From contig JAYTHP010000090.1 in assembly GCA_043732485.1 (NCBI GenBank), positions 1 through 14,594 on the forward strand: 14,594 bases of DNA, given 5' to 3'. This DNA is from Oligoflexia bacterium. GTDB taxonomy: Bacteria; Bdellovibrionota; UBA1018. Below, one piece after another: positions 1 to 6,634 of this stretch. The position numbers and the translations under genes were made by a program. Within the stretch, counting starts at the first letter, position 1, and the number at the start of each line of letters is the position of its first letter. Below the pieces are notes generated by a model. It ran no database searches and had not been told where the DNA came from. It saw only the letters and a list, made by a program, of their open reading frames with translations.

Positions 1-100
1 GCACGCCGTCTTGCACCAGTCTTCGCACCGTGGAAGGCGAGCACGCTAAGACCTCGCACGCCTCCTTCATGCCGACTCGTTCGCGGGGCTTTGGGCCCAA
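1..100 (-). CDS. Excisionase/BldC-like helix-turn-helix DNA-binding protein (HTH_17-type), 5' part only; runs off the left edge; start codon uncertain
   Basis: Not in the ORF track. Manual translation of the minus strand gives LGPKPRERVGMKEACEVLACSPSTVRRLVQDGV..., matching the excisionase-type pattern xxEAAexLgvSxsTVxRlixxGxL. Candidate starts are TTG at 100, ATG at 70, or ATG at 116 if one G is removed. Confidence 0.7.
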   Translation of the reverse strand, partial: MGPKPRERVGMKEACEVLACSPSTVRRLVQDGV

Positions 101-149
101 ATCGTAAGCTGCCCATATAGCCCTGTTTCGGAAGATTCGATTTTCCTTT

Positions 150-234
150 AGCCTCCTAGCGCAGGTAATCCACGGGACAGTAGGCTTGAAGCGCTTGGCT
201 TTCTTTGCGATTCACCAGCTGCGCCCGGTAAACC
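150..234 (-). ncRNA. Long imperfect hairpin at the 5' end of the predicted minus-strand transcript (structured 5' leader or sRNA candidate)
   Basis: Arm GGUUUACCGGGCGCAGCUGGUGAAUC (234-209) pairs with GAUUACCUGCGCUAGGAGGCU (170-150), about 20 bp with G-U pairs that only work on the minus strand. It begins just after the -10 box at 245-240. Confidence 0.4.
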
Positions 235-239
235 ACGAA

Positions 240-269
240 ATTATGTTATAAAACCTCCGAGACCGTCAA
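240..269 (-). promoter_or_regulatory. sigma70-like promoter facing the HTH gene
   Basis: TTGACG (269-264), 18-nt spacer, CATAAT (245-240). Confidence 0.55.
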
Positions 270-273
270 AAAA

Positions 274-302
274 TTGACTAATTTACTTCAGTCATCTAAA
301 CT
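274..302 (+). promoter_or_regulatory. sigma70-like promoter, divergent from the HTH promoter
   Basis: TTGACT (274-279), 17-nt spacer, TAAACT (297-302). The two -35 boxes sit back to back as GTCAA-AAAA-TTGAC (265-278). Confidence 0.55.
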
Positions 303-308
303 AGATAG

Positions 309-750
309 CTTTTCGCCCTGTTGAGCGATTTCTGATAGGGTTGAGACGGCAATGGGGGCGCATTCTGCAAAAGATAACAAAAAAATGGGCGTGGCGGCGC
401 CGAGACTTCGGGACCCCGAGCAAAGTCCCTGCTTTCGCAATCAATCAAGTGGGTGTTGGGCTGCGGTCGCGCCACCGGTAGGGGCCTTTAAGGAGGCTGG
501 AAAGTAACCTGCATTTTAAGCACACCAGCCAAGACCTTCATAAAGCATTGCCAATCAGGAAAATCAATCGCGGCAAAGAGTCCACGCAACTCTCACGAGA
601 GTCGTGCAAAATGACTCGATTGCGGATTAAGCCGCGCAGATCAAGTTGCACGCTTTCAATGGGGCAATTGCGCTAAAAAACGGCTTCAGTGAGCAGAAAA
701 GCGGAACCATGCTTAAGGGGCTTTTGGCCGTTTGCGGCTTTTCCCCTTTC
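309..750. ncRNA. Candidate structured non-coding transcript (series of hairpins); family not recognised
   Basis: Inverted-repeat domains at ~391-475 (GTGGCG/CGCCAC enclosing GGGAC/GTCCC and TGC/GCA stems), 495-530 (GGCTGG/CCAGCC), 565-622 (nested CAATC, GAGTC, CACG and ACTCTC arms) and 715-748. No credible CDS of 60 aa or more; only a 51-aa ORF at 352-507 (+). Confidence 0.3.
715..750. terminator. Hairpin/terminator-like element just downstream of ssb
   Basis: AAGGGG...GCCG-TTTG-CGGC...CCCCTT. The inner stem is followed by TTTT on the + strand, so its U-tract faces + strand transcripts. It may also protect the ssb mRNA 3' end. Confidence 0.45.
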
Positions 751-765
751 AGCTGCAGGGCCAAT

Positions 766-1455
766 CTAGAACGGTACGTCATCTTCCGTAAACGCTGGCT
801 CCATGGAAAGAGCCGATGACCCGGGAGAAGAAGACTGCCCTTCCGAACCCCCTCCACCCAAAGCACCGGAGCCCCCGCCGTAATCTGGCCCCTGGAATCC
901 TCCTTGAGAACCGCCCTGGCCTCCGCCTTGAAACCCTCCTTGAAACCCTAAAGAGGAGCTCATCGGCCCGCTGCCAAAACCTCCTGCGGCTTGGGCATAC
1001 TGCGGCGCCGCTGCTTGGCCATAACCCGTATTTTCATGGGCACTCATGCCCTCTTGACGCATCAAGCCCGCTCCAGGATTAGGTTGAAAGCGCTCACCGG
1101 AAGAGGCTGCGCCTCCTGCACCGCCGCCTGCTGCACCTAGGAACTGCACCGTCTGTGCATGCACTTCGGTGGTGGATTTCGCCTGTCCTTCTTTATCCTG
1201 CCACTGACGGGTCTGTAAGCGACCTTCCACGTAAACTTGTTTCCCTTTGGCCAGATACTGACCACAGCTTTCGGCTTGCTTACCCCAAACCACAATACGG
1301 TGCCATTCGGCGCGCTCTTGCTTTTGCCCGGCCTTATCGAGCCAAGACTCACTGGTTGCAATACTAAAATTAGCAACCGCCGCGCCTGAAGGGGTGTAAC
1401 GAATTTCGGGATTTTGCCCTAACCTGCCCACTAAAATGACTTTATTTACTGACAT
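766..1455 (-). CDS. ssb: Single-stranded DNA-binding protein (229 aa from ATG 1455)
   Basis: [21 protein letters not shown]...[13 protein letters not shown]...[18 protein letters not shown]-fold signature and acidic C-terminal tip EDDVPF. The ORF-track start at 1491 is a TTG that coincides with a -35 box; the homology-typical start is MSVNKV at 1455. Confidence 0.97.
   Translation of the reverse strand: MSVNKVILVGRLGQNPEIRYTPSGAAVANFSIATSESWLDKAGQKQERAEWHRIVVWGKQAESCGQYLAKGKQVYVEGRLQTRQWQDKEGQAKSTTEVHAQTVQFLGAAGGGAGGAASSGERFQPNPGAGLMRQEGMSAHENTGYGQAAAPQYAQAAGGFGSGPMSSSLGFQGGFQGGGQGGSQGGFQGPDYGGGSGALGGGGSEGQSSSPGSSALSMEPAFTEDDVPF
889..948 (-). repeat. Five degenerate 12-bp tandem repeats encoding [20 protein letters not shown] in the SSB linker
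   Basis: + strand cccctggaatcc tccttgagaacc gccctggcctcc gccttgaaaccc tccttgaaaccc. Confidence 0.8.
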
Positions 1456-1462
1456 AAACAGG

Positions 1463-1491
1463 ATCATCAGTAATTTTTGCGATTTTGTCAA
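1463..1491 (-). promoter_or_regulatory. sigma70-like promoter of ssb, possibly producing a leaderless mRNA
   Basis: Perfect TTGACA (1491-1486), 17-nt spacer, GATGAT (1468-1463, 4/6 match); the ATG at 1455 follows 7 nt later with no SD. Confidence 0.45.
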
Positions 1492-1708
1492 CCCCGAAAA
1501 ATTGCAAAACTTTTTAACCGCCTACTCCCAACCTCGTTTCGTCCTCAGCAAGGCAGTAAAAGGGCACTAGGCGCCGCAAGCAGGCGCTGCTTTCCGCCCC
1601 CTCTTCCCCTGCTGGGTGACTCAAGCACCGTCTCGCGCCCTCACCCGCGTCTTTTCGGCTTCCTGCGGGGGTGCTCCTGAGGCGAGTGGACGCCAAGACT
1701 TTTTTGTC

Positions 1709-2155
1709 TTAGGGGGTTTTCCCCAGGTCGGGGTTTTGACGACGCCGGGAGGGGCGCGCAGCCACTCGCTCCGGGTAGGGCCTATTTTTGCTGGCAAACT
1801 TCTGACGCCAGTAGGCTTCGACTTCTTTTTTTGCCAATTGCTCTTGAATCAGGTACAGATAGGGATCAAATCCACATTGCAAACAGGTGACCTTTTTGCG
1901 AGTATTCAAGCGATGCCAGATCTCCACTCCGGTCCAAAGCGGGAAAAAAATCACTCCCGCTCTCCAGCCAGCCGCTCCCATAAACAGGCTACAGGCACCA
2001 GCAAAGACCAAGGCCGTCAGCGACACTTGAAGCGCTAAACGCCAGGAGTTGAGTCGTGGGTGGCTTTTGAGGTGTTTTTTCTGTCCGCACAGCGGACAAT
2101 AGAAACTCCAGGACCCCGGAAGGCGCTGCTGCCATAAAGATTTTTTAAAATTCAT
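1709..2155 (-). CDS. Hypothetical membrane-associated zinc-binding protein (CxxC, hydrophobic hairpin, CxxC), 148 aa
   Basis: C20-P-L-C23 and C91-L-Q-C94 flank a hydrophobic segment (~aa 40-80). ATG start in an A-rich upstream context; co-oriented with ssb. Confidence 0.8.
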   Translation of the reverse strand: MNFKKSLWQQRLPGSWSFYCPLCGQKKHLKSHPRLNSWRLALQVSLTALVFAGACSLFMGAAGWRAGVIFFPLWTGVEIWHRLNTRKKVTCLQCGFDPYLYLIQEQLAKKEVEAYWRQKFASKNRPYPERVAARPSRRRQNPDLGKTP

Positions 2156-2304
2156 AGTTTTTTACTTCTTTTTAGTGTAACAAACAGTAAAGCTTAATGC
2201 GACACAGATCTGAAAAAGACTCAAAAATAGCTGCAAAAAAGTGAAAAAATTGCGATCAAGACGCAACCAAAACCTCTTTTTTTACCCCCCAGGGCTGCAA
2301 GCCT

Positions 2305-2376
2305 AAAACTTAACCGAAAACTTAACCGGAAACTGACCCTAAAATGACCAAGAGAAAAAACCCCAAAACTCAGCCC
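2305..2376 (+). repeat. Degenerate 12-bp tandem array in the divergent intergenic region
   Basis: AAAACTTAACCG x2 (2305-2328), GAAACTGACCCT (2329-2340), two degraded units, then in-phase AAAACTCAGCCC (2365-2376). Confidence 0.7.
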
Positions 2377-2516
2377 AAGTGCTTCTCCTGTCTTCTTCCC
2401 CTGCAGCTCAGCCCCAGGCCGCTGCAAATATCACTCAAACCCTCTAGGAGAACGCAATCGACCCCGTCGATCTCCCACAATACCTCCTCCTCAAGTCACC
2501 TCTAGAGCAAACACCT

Positions 2517-3941
2517 ATGACACCTCCGAAGAACAAAACTCGTCACTCTCTCTCTCCTCAGACCGCAAACACGACACCCGCGCTGCCTGCCGTGCCGCAT
2601 CAGCCCCAGCCGTCCTCCCCGCACCCCCGAAGGAGTAGCAGCAGCAGCCGCCCCCTCCCCTTGCTTCGCCCGAAAAGCGCTCGACAAAACGTGCCGGCAT
2701 CTAGCCAAAGTCCGCTTTTGTTGCCCAAGGCTTGGCTCTGGTTTTTTGAGGAATGGGTCCCCAATTTCGTCAAAGCGCACTTTAGCCCGAAAGAAGCCTG
2801 GAAGAAAAAACCGTTTGAGAAGTCCGACGCTCGGTTTTTTTTCCGTGGGATTGAAGAACTCTCAGAACTCTTTACCGAGGACCGCGCCAAGGGGCTCAAT
2901 ACCTATTTCCAGCACCCGCGCTTTCGCTCAGCCTACCTCCTCTATTTCTTACCCCTGCAAGCCGCAAAATTTGTTGCCCTTTTTCAAAAGCACCCGCTCG
3001 CCTTGAAAGCGGCCTTAGCTCACGCTAAAAAAGCCGGGGTGTTTCGGGTGGTCGACCTCGGGGCTGGACCGGGCACCGCTTCCCTCAGTTTGTTGTTAAG
3101 CCTCATGGATCAGGCTTTTTTAAACTCCTCGCAGCCCTCCTCCTCAGGGCCCTCGACTGAGGGTGGTGCGGGCGACGTAGGCGATGTTCAAGAACTCCCC
3201 CGCATTGAATTGCATTGGTTTGATACCCAAAGTGAGATCATGAAAATTGGCAAACGACTGGTGGAAGACCTCGCCGATCACTTCACCCCACTGCGTGGCA
3301 AAGTGACGGTGCATTTGCACGTGCAGCCTTGGTGGCAAGCCCGTCAAAAAATCACCGAACCCTGCTCTTTAACCTTCATGGGTCACGTCTTGAATGAAGC
3401 GAAAGCCCCCGTGCGCGAAGCCGAGCGCTTTTGGGAGCAGTATCGACCGCTAGCGCAAGGCGGAGGGATTCTTTGGCTGGAGCCTGCAGCGCGCAGACCG
3501 TCGCAACAGCTCGCACAGCTGCGCGATCAGCTGCTGGTGCTGGGCTTGGGGCAAACCACAGAAACCCCTACAGCCGCTGAGGTTTGGGGGCCTTGCTTGC
3601 ATGCCGGTCACTGCCCGCTTGCCGAAGGTCGCGACTGGTGCCATTTCTCCTACCCCATGAACTTGCCTGGCGAATGGTTTTCGTACTTTTCCACTAGTTT
3701 AAGCTCCAAGCGCCACTGGCTCAAGCTTTCTTACCTCTGGCTTGCCCACCCCGACTCGCCCGCTCCCCTGCCCTCGCCGTTCTTGCGGCGGGTGATTAGC
3801 GATCCGCTTTCTAACCCGCACGAAGGGATCGGCTCAACCGTGCTGTTATGTGAGCCTGAGACCGCCTTGCGCTGGAAAGCTCCCCTCCCACGTCCAGGCG
3901 TACCAGGTCTACAGCGGGGCGATTTGACGTATAAATCCTAA
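2517..3941 (+). CDS. Small ribosomal subunit Rsm22/METTL17-family SAM-dependent methyltransferase-like protein
   Basis: SAM motif I VVDLGAGPGTA, AYLLYFLP, HVLNE, GGILWLEP and the family-typical GPC-L-H-x3-CPL-x5-WCHF...KLSYL segment. The N-terminal ~65 aa are low-complexity Pro/Ser-rich, so the true start is uncertain. Confidence 0.85.
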   Translation: MTPPKNKTRHSLSPQTANTTPALPAVPHQPQPSSPHPRRSSSSSRPLPLLRPKSARQNVPASSQSPLLLPKAWLWFFEEWVPNFVKAHFSPKEAWKKKPFEKSDARFFFRGIEELSELFTEDRAKGLNTYFQHPRFRSAYLLYFLPLQAAKFVALFQKHPLALKAALAHAKKAGVFRVVDLGAGPGTASLSLLLSLMDQAFLNSSQPSSSGPSTEGGAGDVGDVQELPRIELHWFDTQSEIMKIGKRLVEDLADHFTPLRGKVTVHLHVQPWWQARQKITEPCSLTFMGHVLNEAKAPVREAERFWEQYRPLAQGGGILWLEPAARRPSQQLAQLRDQLLVLGLGQTTETPTAAEVWGPCLHAGHCPLAEGRDWCHFSYPMNLPGEWFSYFSTSLSSKRHWLKLSYLWLAHPDSPAPLPSPFLRRVISDPLSNPHEGIGSTVLLCEPETALRWKAPLPRPGVPGLQRGDLTYKS

Positions 3942-3943
3942 GC

Positions 3944-3959
3944 CAAGCCCCCGGGCTTG
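3944..3959. terminator. Short hairpin between convergent genes (possible terminator)
   Basis: CAAGCCC-CC-GGGCTTG in the 19-bp gap between the two stop codons; a T-rich run follows on the + strand. Confidence 0.4.
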
Positions 3960-3960
3960 T

Positions 3961-5361
3961 TCAGTTTTTTTGTACGATCGCCGCCCAGAACCCATCGCCA
4001 TAGGGGGGCTCTTGGGGTACAAAAAACCAACTCGCCCGTACCTGCGACGTCAGACCCAGGCGCGACAGCAGCTCAGGACCTTCTTCTTTTAACACCGAGC
4101 AAACCGAATAAATCAAAAAACCCTGCGGCTTAAGCCTACTCCAGGCTTCCTGGAACAACTGCGTTTGCGTCTCTACGAGCGAAAGCAGGTCGGTTTCTTG
4201 CCGTAACCAGCGTACCTCAGGATGCCGCCTTAAAATCCCCGATCCTGAGCACGGGGCATCAAGCCAAATCACTTCTTGCAGTGGCAATTGCGCGGCTTCT
4301 TGCCACGACAGCTGCTGAACTCGTCCTGCTCCGACGCCCACTGCACCACCACGCCCACCCACTGCGACTCGCAGTAAGGTCTCCCGCAAAAGTTGGCTTC
4401 GACTCTCCGAAATGTCGGTGGCCACCACGTCCCAGCCACTCCAGGCTAAACCCACCGACTTCCCCCCCGGTGCGGCGCACAGATCCAGGATCTGACGACC
4501 TACGTCTCCCCCCCCTGAAGCTCGCTCCCCTTGCTCCCTCCGCTCAAAAAATTGCTTCACCTCCACCAGCAGTCGCTGGCTTGAGATGTCTTGAATGATC
4601 CACGTGCCTTCGGCTAAGCCCGGCCAATCGGCCACCCTGCCGCCCGCTTGCACCGACCAGGATCCTGGAATTGGACCAGGCTCGGCTGTAGCAGGTAAGT
4701 GCGCCTGCACGCCCCCCGCGTCTTTGCTAAGCTGCTCCGTCAATTCCCCGCCGTTCCGCAGCCTCATCCACACCACCGGCCGCTCTAAACTAGCTAGGGC
4801 ATAGGCTTGCGCCCAGGCTTGTCCCTGTTGGGCGACGAACTTCTGCCACATCCACACAGGCAGACTAGCCCAGGCCGCCTGCTGCAGCAGCGGGGCTTGC
4901 TCCGGAAACGGCTGCTGCTGCCAAAACTTAGCGTGCTGCACCACTTTGCGCAAATAAGCATTGGCAAACTGACCTGGCCCTTGCCCTTCGCGGGCCTTAA
5001 TCTCAGCCACCGCTTCCGAGACGACCAACCCCGGATGCACCCGGCTTTGCAATAAAAGTTGGTAACTTGCCAGCAGCAAACTCTTGCGCAGCCGACCTGA
5101 GGGTTTTTTCTTCAGCGCGGTCTCATCTAAAATCCAATCCAGACGCCCCTTCCAGCGTAGCGTCCCCGCACAAACGTCTTGCAACCAGCCCACGCTCTCA
5201 GGCGGTGCCGTCTTCATCGCCTGCTCCAACACCTCATCGAGTAAAAGTTTGCGGCTTAAGACCTCCGTGATCACACGGAGCGCAAGCGCCCGAGGGTACT
5301 GTTTGAGGTGTTTTTTGGTGCCTGGGTTGCCAGGCTGCTTCCGTTGAGGTTGAGTCGTCAT
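3961..5361 (-). CDS. rsmB: 16S rRNA m5C967 methyltransferase RsmB/Sun (N-terminal NusB-like domain + RsmB/NOP2 methyltransferase domain)
   Basis: NusB-like N-terminus (GTLRWKGRLDWIL...LLLASYQLL...FANAYLRK); IQDISSQ, ILDLCAAPGGKS, LDAPCSGSGILRRHPE and YSVCS (both catalytic Cys motifs present). Confidence 0.92.
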   Translation of the reverse strand: MTTQPQRKQPGNPGTKKHLKQYPRALALRVITEVLSRKLLLDEVLEQAMKTAPPESVGWLQDVCAGTLRWKGRLDWILDETALKKKPSGRLRKSLLLASYQLLLQSRVHPGLVVSEAVAEIKAREGQGPGQFANAYLRKVVQHAKFWQQQPFPEQAPLLQQAAWASLPVWMWQKFVAQQGQAWAQAYALASLERPVVWMRLRNGGELTEQLSKDAGGVQAHLPATAEPGPIPGSWSVQAGGRVADWPGLAEGTWIIQDISSQRLLVEVKQFFERREQGERASGGGDVGRQILDLCAAPGGKSVGLAWSGWDVVATDISESRSQLLRETLLRVAVGGRGGAVGVGAGRVQQLSWQEAAQLPLQEVIWLDAPCSGSGILRRHPEVRWLRQETDLLSLVETQTQLFQEAWSRLKPQGFLIYSVCSVLKEEGPELLSRLGLTSQVRASWFFVPQEPPYGDGFWAAIVQKN

Positions 5362-5451
5362 ATTGTCTGTTTACCGTTCTTTGACCGTTTTCCCCTCACC
5401 CCACTCCAGCAGCAGCATGTGCGCTCGCTCAAGCCCGGCCGTCTTGAGCCA

Positions 5452-6468
5452 CTAAAAGTTTTCCCAAAGAAAGTACATCCCCGCTTGGAGACGCGCAGGC
5501 TGCAGCGTCTCAGCTCGAGACCATTGTCCCAACAGCGCGCTCATGAACGCTCTGGTCAGTACGCGCGCAGGATCGCTGCTCGCGCCTGCCCCTTCACCTT
5601 CCTCACCCACCCAGTCCCACAGCGAGCGCTTTTTGTCGGCGTAAACCACGTGCGGCTTGCCATGGATCCCGACCTGGAAGGCCAGCGACTTCACGGCATC
5701 ATGCAAGGTGCCCACCCGGTCCACCAGTCTTAACTTCAAGGCCTGAGTCCCGGAAAAAATTCGTCCATCCGCCACCTCAACCACCTCAGCAGGGGACATG
5801 TGCCGCCCTTCGACAATCGCGGCTTTAAATTGCTCGAGTACGTCAGCCACCATGGTTTGTAGCAAGTTGCGCTCTGCCACCGTCATGGGCCGACTCGATG
5901 AGCCGATATCCTTATAAAGGCCGGTTTTCACCACCGAGCGCTCAAGCTTAGCCCAGCGGTAGAGCTTATCCCAGTGGGTGAACTCCATAATCACTCCGAT
6001 GGAGCCTGTCATCGACCCAGCATTGGCATAAATGTACTCAGCCCCGCACGCCAGATAGTAAGCGCCACTGGCGGCAACCGACCCCATCGAGATCCGCAAA
6101 GGCTTGGGATAATCACGAATCGCTTGGTGAATTTCTTGCGACGGCGCCACCGCTCCCCCCGGTGAATTGAGCCTCACCACCACCCCTTTGATCGCGCGGT
6201 CCTCGGCAAAACTCTCGAGCTGATCCAGGGTTTTCCTGGCATCCAAGATCACGCCTGAGATCTCTAGCACCCCAATGGCTTCCGCAGGCGGTTTGCCATT
6301 GAAGAAGAAAATCCCGCTTGTGGCAAGCAGCAGGATCAGGAAAAATCCACCCGCTAGCAGTAAAAGCGCCACCACGGGGTTCACCGAGCGCCAAGCCTGC
6401 AGGAAGGACGCGGTTAAGGTTGAGTTGTTAGGCTCTAAGGGTAATTGCGGTAGCGGAGTGTTCATCAT
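5452..6468 (-). CDS. sppA: Signal peptide peptidase SppA, 36K type (peptidase S49)
   Basis: N-terminal TM anchor; VRLNSPGG, SMGSVAASGAYY (catalytic Ser region), GSIGVI, KTGLYKD, ADGRIFSGTQA, LVDRVG. Lies downstream of rpsA, a common arrangement. Confidence 0.95.
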   Translation of the reverse strand: MMNTPLPQLPLEPNNSTLTASFLQAWRSVNPVVALLLLAGGFFLILLLATSGIFFFNGKPPAEAIGVLEISGVILDARKTLDQLESFAEDRAIKGVVVRLNSPGGAVAPSQEIHQAIRDYPKPLRISMGSVAASGAYYLACGAEYIYANAGSMTGSIGVIMEFTHWDKLYRWAKLERSVVKTGLYKDIGSSSRPMTVAERNLLQTMVADVLEQFKAAIVEGRHMSPAEVVEVADGRIFSGTQALKLRLVDRVGTLHDAVKSLAFQVGIHGKPHVVYADKKRSLWDWVGEEGEGAGASSDPARVLTRAFMSALLGQWSRAETLQPARLQAGMYFLWENF

Positions 6469-6544
6469 GTGCTTGTTATTGTTCCTTCATGTTTTCTTCG
6501 CCCATTTGTCGGAGCTTGCGAGCGGAGCGTTCGCGTTCACTCAC

Positions 6545-6580
6545 CACGGCTCATTACACGGCTCATTACACGGCTCATTA
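6545..6580 (+). repeat. Perfect 3 x 12-bp tandem repeat between the rpsA terminator and sppA
   Basis: CACGGCTCATTA at 6545-6556, 6557-6568 and 6569-6580. Confidence 0.95.
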
Positions 6581-6634
6581 CCCCCGCGCGCGCCATCACC
6601 GTGCTTGGCACCCCCCATCCCTTGTCTAGCACCT

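Noticed and set aside
354..380. GGGGGCGCATTCTG resembles a tmRNA 5' end
   Set aside because: No following TTCGA motif and no matching T-arm/acceptor 3' end (GGTTCRA...CCACCA) downstream.
410..450. GAAA-capped hairpin followed by GGGAC, reminiscent of a c-di-GMP-I riboswitch or hammerhead core
   Set aside because: Lacks the GGCAAA/GCAAAG junction motifs and the CUGANGA...GAAA arrangement.
385..505. Minus-strand CCA-GCC-TCCTTAAA-GGC-CCCTACC-GG resembles the P3/L3/P1' core of an HDV-like ribozyme
   Set aside because: No upstream strand to pair as P1 with CCCUACC, and no P2' (UGGAAAG-like) after the would-be P4.
565..652. Bulged hairpin as an integron attC site
   Set aside because: The ends do not match RYYYAAC/GTTRRRY, and there is no cassette array or integrase.
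627..1696. Short ORFs overlapping or near ssb (627-866, 816-1082, 1137-1376, 1155-1367, 1477-1680, 1514-1696)
   Set aside because: Shadow or alternate-frame ORFs with no motifs or RBS; ssb explains the coding signal.
1616..2038. 140-aa + strand ORF
   Set aside because: Antisense to the better-supported CxxC membrane protein; no recognisable features.
2109..2131. CAGGACCCCGGAAGGCGCTGC looks a little like SRP RNA helix 8
   Set aside because: Imperfect motif, no enclosing long hairpin, and it lies antisense within a good CDS.
2221..2427. 68-aa minus ORF with SFRL repeats
   Set aside because: A by-product of the 12-bp tandem repeat; no RBS or domain evidence.
6545..6580. Tandem repeats as a CRISPR array
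   Set aside because: The units are 12 bp, directly adjacent with no spacers, and there are no cas genes.
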